DNA from: an uncultured Clostridia bacterium
GTDB lineage: Bacteria > Bacillota > DTU025 > MWDF01
Direction of reading: 5' to 3'
DNA: 64,000 nucleotides
NCBI GenBank assembly: GCA_964545975.1
Contig: CAZJHY010000001.1
Location: 24,094 to 88,093, forward strand
Both the position numbers and the translations under genes were made by a program. Shown here piece by piece: positions 27,514 to 37,152 of the stretch (its first letter is position 1; each line of letters opens with the position of its first letter). Under the pieces are notes generated by a model. That model was not told where the DNA came from and ran no database searches. It was given only the letters and a program-made list of their open reading frames with translations.

Positions 27514-27602
27514 GCTCGAAAGACCTGATCGAATAGAATTGGCAAGTTGCTTCGAAGCATAGTGGGAAGCAGATAAAAAGAAACGAAGGAGGAAGACCTG
27601 TC

Positions 27603-28577
27603 ATGAAGAAGACTTCCATGCGCCTGATGCTGGCAGCAGCCCTCGTGATCTCGATCATGTTCTCGTCCGTGGCAGCCGCACCTAAGTTCCTTACCATATC
27701 CACCGGCCCTGTGGGCGGGGAATGGTACATACTTGGCGGAATACTCTCCGAGCTCCTGAAACCGGTGCTTCCTGACACCAAGGTAACCGCAACAACCGGC
27801 GGCGGCGTCGCAAACCTCAGCACAGTGGCCTCCGGCAAGAGCGACATAGGCACCACGCAGGATCAGCTCCTGTATGATGCCCGCAATGGCACGACTGACT
27901 TCACCTCAGGAAAGCTCACCAACGTCGTCGCCATCGGATACCTGGCAGACATCTACATGAGCGTATTCCTCGTGCGCGAGGACTACAACATAACATCTCT
28001 TGATGACCTTGCAGCCAGGAAGATCGGCATGCGCATACTAACCGCCCCCACGGGCTCGACGCCTTCAAGGGCCGCGGTCAGGATGCTTGAGGAATACGGA
28101 GTGACCCCCGATCTCCTTAAGTCATGGGGGGGAAGCTTGAGCTACGTCGCCTATGCGGACGCAAGCTCGATGATCAGGGACGGCCATGCCGACGCCTATG
28201 TGGGCCCCATCATGCCCGCCATCATAGAGCTCACCGTCTCCCGCAAGATGAAGATGCTGCCGGTGAAAGAGACCGTCCTTAAGGCCATGACTGCCAAGTA
28301 CGCATATGGCAGGGCCACAATACCCGCTGGAGCATATGACTTCGTGAAGGCCAACACGCCCGTCATGACCGAGTCGCCCGTCCTCATCGTCAGGGATGAC
28401 GTCGACGAGCAGACCGTATACCTCATAACCAAGGCGATAGCCGAGAACCCTGCGAAGATCCAGGGCGCCGGCGCGACCTATGCAAAGTTCGACCCCAAGA
28501 TGATGCCCAACATATCGGGCGGTCCCATACATCCCGGAGCCCTCAGGTACTATAAGGAGAAGGGCTGGGTCAAGTAG
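27603..28577 (+). CDS. TAXI-family TRAP transporter solute-binding subunit
   Basis: Signal peptide, 'LTISTGPVGGEWYILGGILSELL', 'KVTATTGGGVANLSTVASGKSDIG'. Confidence 0.8.
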   Translation: MKKTSMRLMLAAALVISIMFSSVAAAPKFLTISTGPVGGEWYILGGILSELLKPVLPDTKVTATTGGGVANLSTVASGKSDIGTTQDQLLYDARNGTTDFTSGKLTNVVAIGYLADIYMSVFLVREDYNITSLDDLAARKIGMRILTAPTGSTPSRAAVRMLEEYGVTPDLLKSWGGSLSYVAYADASSMIRDGHADAYVGPIMPAIIELTVSRKMKMLPVKETVLKAMTAKYAYGRATIPAGAYDFVKANTPVMTESPVLIVRDDVDEQTVYLITKAIAENPAKIQGAGATYAKFDPKMMPNISGGPIHPGALRYYKEKGWVK

Positions 28578-28594
28578 GCTTCCTTAAAGCAGCA

Positions 28595-28617
28595 GAGGGG
28601 CCGGAAACCGGCCCCTC
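28595..28617 (+). promoter_or_regulatory. Perfect 10-bp GC hairpin between the TAXI binding-protein and permease genes (no U-tract)
   Basis: GAGGGGCCGG-aaa-CCGGCCCCTC. Confidence 0.5.
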
Positions 28618-28640
28618 CAAGACTTATGGGGGTATATGCC

Positions 28641-30506
28641 ATGAAGGACAACAAGATACTTAAGTCGGTCCTGGCGGTGCTTTCGCTCGCCTTTCTGTGC
28701 TTTCATCTCTATACAGCGGTCTACGGCACTTTCATCCCTCAGCTTCAGCGGCCGCTCCACCTGGCGTTCGCCGTCGTAATCGGCTTCCTGGCATATCCCA
28801 TGTTCCAGAAGAGGGACTACAAGTGGCTCGACATAATCCTTGCTCTGATATCGGCAGGGGCTTACGGGTACATTGCCGTGAAAGCCCAGGAGATATCGAT
28901 GAGGCAGACAATGGTGAGCCCCCTTTCGGCTCTTGACCTTATAGTAGGCGCAGTGATCATTGTGCTGCTTCTGGAGCTTACGAGAAGGGCCGTCGGCTGG
29001 ATAATGAGCTTCGTTGCCATAGTATTCCTCATCTATGCCGTGGCGGGCCCTTACTTGCCGGATCTTATCTCCCACAGGGGATTTCCCATCGCGGACCTCA
29101 TCGACTATCAGGTATTCGGCCTGGACGGCATCTATTCCATACCGCTTAGCATCTCTGCGACATACATCGTCCTGTTCATCATCCTGGGCACCTTGATGGA
29201 GTATACCGGGGCGGGCGATGTGATAATGGACATCGGCAAGGCAGTGGCGGGAGGATTCAGAGGCGGCCCCGCAAAGGTCGCGACTATATCCTCAGCCCTG
29301 TTCGGATCGATTTCAGGAAGCGCCGCTGCCAATGTATATGCAACAGGCACCTTCACCATCCCTATGATGAAGAAGATAGGATACAGCCCAGCGTTCTCTG
29401 GGGCCGTCGAGGCTGTCGCATCGACAGGAGGCCAAATAATGCCCCCCGTAATGGGCGCTGCGGCCTTCCTCATGGCTGAGCTTCTGGGAATGCCCTACAT
29501 CGAGATATGCAAAGTGGCCCTCATCCCGGCCATACTCTACTATGTATCCCTGTTCATAGTCCTGGATTTCGAGGCGGCAAGGATAGGAATCAAGGGGCTT
29601 GACAGGAAGGACCTGCCTAAGTGGAAGGACATCCTTCCCAGGCTCTACCTGATGCTTCCCCTGATAGTCCTGGTAGCGATACTTATGATGGGCTATACGC
29701 CGTTCCGCTCCGCTTATTATGCGATAGTGCTCACCTTCGCGCTCAGCTTCTTCAGCAAGAAGACGCGGTTTACAGTAGCGACCTTCATCGACGCAATGGT
29801 AGTGTCGGCGAAGCGCACAGTGATGATAGCGGCAGCCTGCGGGGCGGCGGGCATCGTAATAGGGGTGATAACGCTGACCGGAGTGGGGCTGTCCCTCTCC
29901 AGCGTGATAATCTCCCTGTCAGGCGGAGTGAAGATACTGGCGCTTATCATGGTGATGATATCTGCGATAATCATGGGGATGGGAACCCCCACAACAGTCG
30001 CCTACATCGTTGTATCGACCCTTGCTGTGCCTATCATGAAGGACCTGGGGTACGCAGCCCTTCCCTCGCACCTTTTCGTATTCTACTTTGCTGTGCTCTC
30101 AATGATAACCCCGCCTGTTGCGCTTGCTGCCTATGCGGCGGCTGACATCGCCAAGGAGAGCTCCATGAAAATCGGCTTCACCGCGATGAGGATAGGGGCA
30201 ATCGTGTTCACCATACCGTTCATCTTCCTTCTGGACCCGCCACTTCTCATGCAGGGTTCATGGGGGATGATAGCCTTCAGGTTCGTGATGACGGTGTTCT
30301 CGGCTGTGGCCTTCGCCGGAGCGGCGACAGGATGGTTCGGTAAGAGCATCAATATCATAGGAAGGCTGCTCATGCTAGCGATATTCGGACTGATAATCTC
30401 GCCTGAGACGGTGACTACATTCATCGGTCTGGGCCTTCTCTGTGGGATGTGGTTTCTTAAGGGTCTGTTTGAAGTAAAGCGCGTGGCTAATGCGGGACGC
30501 GCTTAA
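28641..30506 (+). CDS. TRAP transporter fused permease subunit (TAXI-associated, DctQ-DctM fusion)
   Basis: About 620 aa, highly hydrophobic; DctM-like motifs. ATG 28641 preferred over 28626. Confidence 0.8.
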   Translation: MKDNKILKSVLAVLSLAFLCFHLYTAVYGTFIPQLQRPLHLAFAVVIGFLAYPMFQKRDYKWLDIILALISAGAYGYIAVKAQEISMRQTMVSPLSALDLIVGAVIIVLLLELTRRAVGWIMSFVAIVFLIYAVAGPYLPDLISHRGFPIADLIDYQVFGLDGIYSIPLSISATYIVLFIILGTLMEYTGAGDVIMDIGKAVAGGFRGGPAKVATISSALFGSISGSAAANVYATGTFTIPMMKKIGYSPAFSGAVEAVASTGGQIMPPVMGAAAFLMAELLGMPYIEICKVALIPAILYYVSLFIVLDFEAARIGIKGLDRKDLPKWKDILPRLYLMLPLIVLVAILMMGYTPFRSAYYAIVLTFALSFFSKKTRFTVATFIDAMVVSAKRTVMIAAACGAAGIVIGVITLTGVGLSLSSVIISLSGGVKILALIMVMISAIIMGMGTPTTVAYIVVSTLAVPIMKDLGYAALPSHLFVFYFAVLSMITPPVALAAYAAADIAKESSMKIGFTAMRIGAIVFTIPFIFLLDPPLLMQGSWGMIAFRFVMTVFSAVAFAGAATGWFGKSINIIGRLLMLAIFGLIISPETVTTFIGLGLLCGMWFLKGLFEVKRVANAGRA

Positions 30507-30520
30507 GACGGAGGTTACAT

Positions 30521-30907
30521 ATGCCTGATCTTAGAATGCTTGACGGGGCCATTGCAGGTGTCCTTCATCTGGAGGAGCACTCGGACCTCTTCTCTGAGCT
30601 GAGGGAGTTCCTCACCGAAGGAGGATGGACCGAGGTGGTCATCACAGGATGCGCCGGTTCCCTTGAGAAAGCGGTGGCAAATTACCCCAGGGACATGACG
30701 CTTCCTCCCATAGTGGAGCATGTGGTCATGGAAGGGGCATACGAGGTGTGCACCCTGAACGGGAACGTAACCTGGTACGAGGGGAAACCCAAGGTGCACA
30801 TACACGGATCGTTTGCGGAGAAGGGCACCAAGGTCTACGGAGGGGCCATCGGGGACGGCACCAGGATATTCAAGTCTGCGGACCTGTTCGTCCTCTGCCA
30901 TAAGTAG
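30521..30907 (+). CDS. DUF296/PPC-domain-like small protein
   Basis: 'GKPKVHIHGSFAEKGTKVYGGAIGDGTRI' resembles the PPC-domain pattern by eye. GGAGG RBS. Confidence 0.4.
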   Translation: MPDLRMLDGAIAGVLHLEEHSDLFSELREFLTEGGWTEVVITGCAGSLEKAVANYPRDMTLPPIVEHVVMEGAYEVCTLNGNVTWYEGKPKVHIHGSFAEKGTKVYGGAIGDGTRIFKSADLFVLCHK

Positions 30908-30912
30908 TCGCA

Positions 30913-30941
30913 GCAGCCCGCCTCGACCAGAGGCGGGCTGC
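30913..30941 (+). terminator. Stem-loop at the end of the TRAP operon (11-bp perfect stem, weak U-tract)
   Basis: GCAGCCCGCCT-cgaccag-AGGCGGGCTGC. Confidence 0.35.
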
Positions 30942-30955
30942 CTCACTGGCAAAAC

Positions 30956-30984
30956 TTTACATAGTGCAATATATATGTTTTAAT
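30956..30984 (+). promoter_or_regulatory. Sigma-70-like promoter (-35 TTTACA, 17-bp spacer, -10 TTTAAT)
   Basis: Seen in sequence. Lies about 265 bp upstream of the small Cys-rich ORF. Confidence 0.3.
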
Positions 30985-31249
30985 ACTGTTGTCGGTCCGC
31001 CCTCAGGACCGAATTCCATCCTATTGTCATCGATTTGCCGCCAAGGCTTTGTTTACGTAGTTTGAGGGGTGTATACGAAATGACGATTATTACCTGTTGG
31101 CACAGATAACTGAATAGGGTTCATGAAGGCGGCGAGGCTCCTGTTCATTCATGTGGGCCTTTCGGTCCTTCGCTTTCCCGCGGAGGGGGCTTAACCTCCC
31201 CGCTTCAAGATAGAACCGGTGCTGTTTACTAAGAAAGGGGTGTCTACAA

Positions 31250-31618
31250 ATGGCTTCAGTAAGGGATCTGACTTCATTCATCAGAAGACCGGGCGCGTTC
31301 GAGAGCATAAGGTGTGGAGTATGCGGAAGCATATGTGATGTGGAGAGGGGCGCGATGGGGCCTACGTGCTTCGTGGAGGCCATGGCCGGCAGGTCAAGAG
31401 AACATGACAGGTTCGAGTGCCCTCACACAGGCGAGGCTTGGCACGACAGGTGCCTCATATTCCACTCTGCATGGAGGCACATCGACGACTGGGAGCTGAC
31501 AGAAGTCGCCCGCGAGGAGCTTCTGGCGGCAGTGAGGGAGAATGCCGGGGGCGACAATGCTGAATGGGTGGAATCCGCCTCCGAATGCGAAGGCGGCGCG
31601 GTCAGGTGGCGGGAATAA
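31250..31618 (+). CDS. Hypothetical small Cys-rich (zinc-ribbon-like) protein
   Basis: 'CGVCGSIC', 'CFVEAM', 'CPHTGEAWHDRC'. Followed immediately by a canonical terminator. Confidence 0.45.
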   Translation: MASVRDLTSFIRRPGAFESIRCGVCGSICDVERGAMGPTCFVEAMAGRSREHDRFECPHTGEAWHDRCLIFHSAWRHIDDWELTEVAREELLAAVRENAGGDNAEWVESASECEGGAVRWRE

Positions 31619-31638
31619 GGGTACTGCTTGAACAGTTA

Positions 31639-31665
31639 GGAGGGCGCAAGCCCTCCTTTATTCTT
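31639..31665 (+). terminator. Rho-independent terminator
   Basis: GGAGGGC-gcaa-GCCCTCC followed by TTTATTCTT. Confidence 0.7.
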
Positions 31666-31772
31666 ATGGTATATTCCTGCGCTTTTTGGTATTAATTATT
31701 TCATATGGATATCGGGAAAAGGTAGCGTCCTTCGGCAGGAACTAGCCTCGGTTATCTTCAGGGAGGGAACAT

Positions 31773-32711
31773 ATGCCGTTCAGCAGGAACGAAAAGATGG
31801 GATATGCAGCGTTTTTAGGAGCCTCGCTCATCTGGGGCTTCTCTTTCATGTTCACCAAGAGGGCGCTTGACCACTTGGACGGGAGGCTGTTCGACCTTCT
31901 GACATACAGGTTTGTAATCAGCTCCGCAGTCATGCTAATCCTGTGGGCGGCAAAGGCAATAAAGATAGACTTCAGGGGCAAGGACATGAAGGGCCTAATG
32001 GTGATGGCTATACTTCAACCCGGCGCCTACTTCATCTTCGAGACCATGGGCATCGACAGGGTGGCGACCTCTGAAGTGGGCCTCATCCTAGCGATGTTCC
32101 CCATAGTCACGACCGTCTTCGGCGTAGCCTTCCTGAAAGAGAAGGTCACGTCGAAGCACTGGGGATTCATCATCTTCTCCGTGATAGGCGTGGTAATAAT
32201 AAACGGGTTCGGATACAAACCGGGAAGCAGCACCAACCTGGGAAGGCTACTTCTGATGATGGCGGTGCTAATCGGCACTATTTACAACATGCTTTCAAGG
32301 AAGCTGTCCACTCAGTTCACAGCCGAGGAGAGGACGCTTGCGATGATGGTCCTCGGTGCGGTATTCTTCGGGGCCATCTCCCTGACAAACCACATCAAGG
32401 CGGGAACGCTTGGCATGCTAGTGACCAGCCTCATTGATCCAAGCTTCACTTTCTCTATCGCCTACCTATCTATAGGCTGCTCGCTGTTGGCCTTCTTCTT
32501 CGTCAGCTTTTCGGCAACGCACCTTGAGCTTTCCAGGGCTTCCGTGCTGGGTAACACCAACACGCTTGTGTCGGTTCTGGCCGGAGTTCTGATTCTGAAG
32601 GAGCCCTTCTATTGGTACCACGTCCTGGGGGGCCTGGTGATAGTATCAGGCGTCATAGGTGCGGCGCTTGCATCAAGGGCTATGGTGAGCGATACAAGGA
32701 AGCTGACCTAA
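31773..32711 (+). CDS. DMT-superfamily (EamA) transporter
   Basis: 10-TM profile, 'ASLIWGFSFMFTKRAL'. Confidence 0.75.
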   Translation: MPFSRNEKMGYAAFLGASLIWGFSFMFTKRALDHLDGRLFDLLTYRFVISSAVMLILWAAKAIKIDFRGKDMKGLMVMAILQPGAYFIFETMGIDRVATSEVGLILAMFPIVTTVFGVAFLKEKVTSKHWGFIIFSVIGVVIINGFGYKPGSSTNLGRLLLMMAVLIGTIYNMLSRKLSTQFTAEERTLAMMVLGAVFFGAISLTNHIKAGTLGMLVTSLIDPSFTFSIAYLSIGCSLLAFFFVSFSATHLELSRASVLGNTNTLVSVLAGVLILKEPFYWYHVLGGLVIVSGVIGAALASRAMVSDTRKLT

Positions 32712-32895
32712 GGTCGGTAAGGCTGACATTGCCGTCCGCCTGATGCATCATTTTGCCTGGGGAAACCTGCACCCCTGGCGTTCTATCTTTCTGCGCCAGA
32801 TTCATAATATTATAAGGTTATCAGGGGAAATGTAAACAAGTGCTTCAGTAGTAAGGTCCAGTTGCAAGCCTTGAAGAAGGAAAGCGGTGGAGACG

Positions 32896-34758
32896 ATGAG
32901 AGAAACCATTGTTATCGGTGCAGGGCTGTCGGGTCTGGCAGCAGCAAGCCTTTTAGCCAAAAGGGGACTTAAGGTTACCGTCGTGGAGCACGCATTCAAG
33001 CCGGGCGGCTCATGCGGCATCTTCAAAAGGGACGGAGCGATATTCGACCAAGGCGCCGCGATGATGTACGGTTTCGGCAAAAGGGGCTTCAACTCCCATC
33101 GCTTCATATTCAACTGCCTTGAAGAACCTATAGACGTGATTAGAAACGAAGCGCTCTACGACGTCCATTACCAAGGGCACAGGATCAGGTTCCATAGGGA
33201 CATCGACAGGTACATCGATGAGCTGACAAAGGTGTTTCCGAACGAGAAGGAGAACCTCAGGCGCTTCTACGCAGACATGAAGGTGCTCTACAATGACGTT
33301 ATAGCAAACGAACCCAACTTCACGACTCCGGACAGGACCGACCGTATAGGGGCTATAAAGCAGGTGCTTAAGCACCCGGTCTCCTTCATCAAGTTCCTTA
33401 CATACCTGAACAGGAGCACTGAGAGCGTCCTCAGGAGCTACTTCAAGGATGGGGCGATACTGGCCTACTTCAACAAGCTCACTTCGACATACTGCTATAC
33501 TGATGTATCCGAGACACCTGCTGTAATGGCCGCTGTGATGTTCGTTGACAACCATATGGGCGGAAGCTTCTACCCCAAAGGCTCCACCATATTCGTTCCA
33601 GGTAAGCTAGAGAAGTCGATAGAGGAGCATGGGGGCACCATGCTTTACGAGAAGACTGTAGAGAGGATATTGGTGGAGAACAACAGGGCTACGGGCGTCC
33701 TGCTTGATGACGGCACCCGGCTAATGGCCGACGCAGTCATTTACTCAGGCACTGTATGGAACCTCTATGGCAAGCTTCTTGAGGATGCGCCGGTACCTGA
33801 TACCAGGAGGAAGTGGGCGCAGGGCCTCAAAGCCTCTTATCCGAGCGTTCTTCTGTACACCATCGTGAAAAAGGATGCCATCCCGGAAGGCACCGGCCCC
33901 ATCACTCTTTTCTCGAACGACTCGGACCGCCTCGACGATAACGAGGTCACTACCTATATCTTCAGCATCGACGACCCTTCCATATGCCCTCCGGACTGCC
34001 ATGCGGTGACTGTCATAGGGCCTACCTACAAGAAGTGGCCCGAATTCACCGAGCGCTATCAGTCCTCAGAAGAGTACAGGAGGCTCAAGTCCGAGGAGGA
34101 AGAAAGGCTTCTTGCCCTTCTTGAAAGCAAGTTCCCCGGCTTCAGCTCGAAGGTGGTGCACAAGGAGGTGGCAACGCCCCTTAGCATAGAAAGGTATACC
34201 ATGAAGAACCGCGGAAGCGTGGCAGGCCCGCTGCAGTCCATGGGGCAGCACATGTTCAGGAGGCTTCATATCAATTCTGAGTTCACAGGGCTGTACTATT
34301 GCGGGGAATCGACGATCATGGGCACCGGGACTCCGACTGTCACAGTCTCTGGGATCAGCGCGGCGAACGCCCTTCTTAAGGAGCTTGGCATGGAGGAGTT
34401 CAAATATCGCGAGGGGATGAAGGATTACGTGCGCGAGCATGCTCCCGGAGCAGTCGTCGTACAGGACGAAGAGCCGAAGGGCGATATAACCGAGCTGGCT
34501 AGGCTTGCGTGGAGATGCGAATTCTGCGAGCATCCGGCCTGTATGGCTGGCATCGGGCTTGATATCCGCGGCATCAACAGGAGGCTTGCTGTAGGCAACG
34601 TCTGCGGAGCAAACAAGCTGGCAAAAGCCTCCCCGCAAGCAGATGACGCCCTTGAAGCTGCCGAGAGAAGGTGCGTGCTCGGCAGGAGGGGCGAGCCGGT
34701 CGCAATCAAGAGGATCATAGGCATGCTTACGAGAACAGAAGACCCGGATTGTATGTGA
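32896..34758 (+). CDS. FAD-dependent oxidoreductase of the phytoene-desaturase (CrtI/COG1233) family with a Cys-rich C-terminal extension
   Basis: Rossmann 'IVIGAGLSGLAAASLLAKRGLKVTVVE'. C-terminal ~110 aa has 'CEFCEHPAC...GNVCG'. ATG 32896 preferred over GTG 32887. Confidence 0.7.
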   Translation: MRETIVIGAGLSGLAAASLLAKRGLKVTVVEHAFKPGGSCGIFKRDGAIFDQGAAMMYGFGKRGFNSHRFIFNCLEEPIDVIRNEALYDVHYQGHRIRFHRDIDRYIDELTKVFPNEKENLRRFYADMKVLYNDVIANEPNFTTPDRTDRIGAIKQVLKHPVSFIKFLTYLNRSTESVLRSYFKDGAILAYFNKLTSTYCYTDVSETPAVMAAVMFVDNHMGGSFYPKGSTIFVPGKLEKSIEEHGGTMLYEKTVERILVENNRATGVLLDDGTRLMADAVIYSGTVWNLYGKLLEDAPVPDTRRKWAQGLKASYPSVLLYTIVKKDAIPEGTGPITLFSNDSDRLDDNEVTTYIFSIDDPSICPPDCHAVTVIGPTYKKWPEFTERYQSSEEYRRLKSEEEERLLALLESKFPGFSSKVVHKEVATPLSIERYTMKNRGSVAGPLQSMGQHMFRRLHINSEFTGLYYCGESTIMGTGTPTVTVSGISAANALLKELGMEEFKYREGMKDYVREHAPGAVVVQDEEPKGDITELARLAWRCEFCEHPACMAGIGLDIRGINRRLAVGNVCGANKLAKASPQADDALEAAERRCVLGRRGEPVAIKRIIGMLTRTEDPDCM

Positions 34759-35010
34759 AAATATTCACAGCTAAGCGAAGGAATCCGCCCAAGAGCCATA
34801 CAAGCAAATAAGAGTCACAATACTGCCTGAGGCCTTTCCTTAGCTCGAACAAGGACGGAACGGGCATACTACGCTCCGTATATGGCGATTTCACTGCTAC
34901 TGCAACTATCATTGCTAAGTAGACCTGGAAACAGCGGCAACCGGAGAGGCGACCAATCAGTAAGCCATGGCTTACCGGAACCGCCGGAGCCAACTGCCCC
35001 AATTTGAAAA

Positions 35011-35019
35011 TGGTATAAT
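35011..35019 (+). promoter_or_regulatory. Extended -10 promoter element TGgTATAAT
   Basis: Seen in sequence about 85 bp upstream of ATG 35102. The leader contains a CGGGCGC/GCGCCCG stem. Confidence 0.4.
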
Positions 35020-35101
35020 CCTCAGTAATGATGCGACCTGGCGGGATGCCGGGTCGTTCGGGCGCCGAGGGCAGAAAAGCTTCGCGCCCGGGAGGGATAC
35101 C

Positions 35102-35758
35102 ATGGCAGCGGACCCAAGGCAGGAGATAGTTTCGACAGGGCAGTACCTTCTTTCCCATCAGCTCGCATGGGGAAGCACCGGCAACATCAGCGCGCGCTTC
35201 GACGACAGCTCATTTTTCATAAGCGCATCAGGTGCGAGCCTCGGGACCCTTACGACCGAGAGCCTCTCTTTGTGCAAGGTCAACGGCGAGATGGTCACCC
35301 ACAACGTAACCCCGTCGAAAGAGCATAGGGTGCACGCCGCAGTCTATATAAACGATCCGAAGGCGCGGGCCGTGATACACACTTCGCCTCCTTATGTGTC
35401 GCTGATAGCGGCAGCCAGGAATTTCGGGGATTTCACCGTGGAGCATTTCATCGAAGCGGCTGTCATGCTGCAGAAGGTAGCATGGATAACGTTCATGCTG
35501 CCCGGAAGCGCTGAGATAATTGAGGCTGTTGGTAAAGCAGCAAAGGAATCCGATGTGCTCATGATGCAGAACCACGGCATCATGGTGACAGGCGAGAGCA
35601 TGAGGAAGGCGCTCAACAAGGTGGACACTATGGAGTTCCTTTGCCGCATGGTTATAACCGCCAGGTCCGCCGGGATAGACCTCAGGGCGCTTTCTAGGGA
35701 AGAGCTGGAGATGCTTCTAAGCGATTCGCGAGCAAGGAACCTAAACTACGGCTCCTGA
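35102..35758 (+). CDS. Class II aldolase/adducin-family protein (fourth paralogue)
   Basis: 'AWGSTGNISARF', 'AVIHTSPPYVS', 'QNHGIMVTGES'. ATG 35102 with GGGAGGGA RBS. The track ORF start at 34967 has no RBS. Confidence 0.75.
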   Translation: MAADPRQEIVSTGQYLLSHQLAWGSTGNISARFDDSSFFISASGASLGTLTTESLSLCKVNGEMVTHNVTPSKEHRVHAAVYINDPKARAVIHTSPPYVSLIAAARNFGDFTVEHFIEAAVMLQKVAWITFMLPGSAEIIEAVGKAAKESDVLMMQNHGIMVTGESMRKALNKVDTMEFLCRMVITARSAGIDLRALSREELEMLLSDSRARNLNYGS

Positions 35759-35886
35759 TTTGTTAGAATCCATAGCAGGGAAAGCCTGTTCCCGACCATC
35801 TAAAGTAGGGATTAACTATCATCACCACTGCACTGGTCTGCTAGAGAGATTCGGCAGTGGCGGATTTCTGCTCGGAGGATATGGCA

Positions 35887-37152
35887 ATGAACAAGATGAA
35901 ACAAGAGCATATTAGGGCTGGTAAAGGCGAAGTCCTTTTCTTCATTGTCCTCCTTGCCGCTTATTTTCTTACATACTTTTTCAGAGTGTCAGCCTCTGTG
36001 GTTATGCCCATGATTGCTTCTCAGTGGGGGCTTACTGCCACCATTACAGGGCTTCTTTCATCAATGTACTTCTATACATATGCCTTGATGCAACCGATAA
36101 GTGGCGTGCTTAACGACAGCTTCGGACCCTCCAGGGTAGTGTCGGCAGGACTGCTTGTCGCAGGATCGGGGGCTCTGCTGATGGCTTTCGCAAGAGGGGC
36201 TTTTATAATGGGACTGGGACGCCTTCTGACAGGGCTCGGTCTTGCGCCGATGCTGTCCGGAGCCCTTGTTTTCCAGGGCGCTGCCTTTAACCCGGAAAGG
36301 TATTCGACATATTCAGGACTAATTCTGTTCATCGGAAACTTGGGAGCGGTAAGCTCTGTGGTGCCTCTTCAGAAGGCGTTGGACGCATGGGGAAGAGAGA
36401 GCGTTTTCACTGGCATATTCCTTATCACGTTATTAATCGCAGCCTTGCTCATCATAGGAAGAGGGTTTGACAAGGTTGCAATTCGGAGCACAGGCAGAAA
36501 AACATCATTATTAGTTGCCATCAAAGGCCTTGGTCCAGCTTTTAAGGTAGTTTTCTCTTCGAGGCCACTAATTGCGATTACTTTCATATGGTGCGGTTCG
36601 ATGAGCGCGCTTATGTCCTTGCAAGGCTTATGGGCAGTGACATGGAGCAGGCAGATCTATGGATCGGGAGAAGGAGTTGCCGGTCTATGGGCAACCTTGA
36701 TAGGAGTAGGTGTAATGGCAGGAAGTCTTGCGGGTGCATCGGTTCTTATGAACAGGAAGCGACGCAGAATGGCTGTGGTGCAACTACAGGTTCTACTCCT
36801 GGCTTCATGGGCGGTTCTTCTTGCTGGCATGCACTATGTATTGCCATTCTGGTTCACTGCGGGAGTATGCTTTCTAATCGGAGCGATTGTTGGGTTCTTG
36901 CATACGCATCTTACCGCGGCAGTGAACGAGCTTGCTCCTGTAGGGCAGGGAGGTTCTGTGTTCGGGGCAGCTAACATGCTCATCTTCGGCTCTGTGATAA
37001 TCATGCAGTCATTAACCGGGGTAATCATAACGAGGATATCAGGAGGAAGCGGATACAGCTCTGAAGCATTCCTGGGAGCCTTTGGCATGGTAGGGTTAGT
37101 GTTGCTGCTAGGAATGCTTGCAGTACCAGCATTATTAAGTGAAGATAGATGA
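35887..37152 (+). CDS. MFS transporter
   Basis: 12-TM profile; ATG 35887 chosen by RBS spacing. Confidence 0.75.
   Translation: MNKMKQEHIRAGKGEVLFFIVLLAAYFLTYFFRVSASVVMPMIASQWGLTATITGLLSSMYFYTYALMQPISGVLNDSFGPSRVVSAGLLVAGSGALLMAFARGAFIMGLGRLLTGLGLAPMLSGALVFQGAAFNPERYSTYSGLILFIGNLGAVSSVVPLQKALDAWGRESVFTGIFLITLLIAALLIIGRGFDKVAIRSTGRKTSLLVAIKGLGPAFKVVFSSRPLIAITFIWCGSMSALMSLQGLWAVTWSRQIYGSGEGVAGLWATLIGVGVMAGSLAGASVLMNRKRRRMAVVQLQVLLLASWAVLLAGMHYVLPFWFTAGVCFLIGAIVGFLHTHLTAAVNELAPVGQGGSVFGAANMLIFGSVIIMQSLTGVIITRISGGSGYSSEAFLGAFGMVGLVLLLGMLAVPALLSEDR

Noticed and set aside
31160-31200. GGAGGGGG...CCTCCCC near-hairpin in the leader of the small Cys-rich ORF
   Set aside because: Imperfect stem (A-C mismatch) with no U-tract. 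Not enough to call a terminator or riboswitch.
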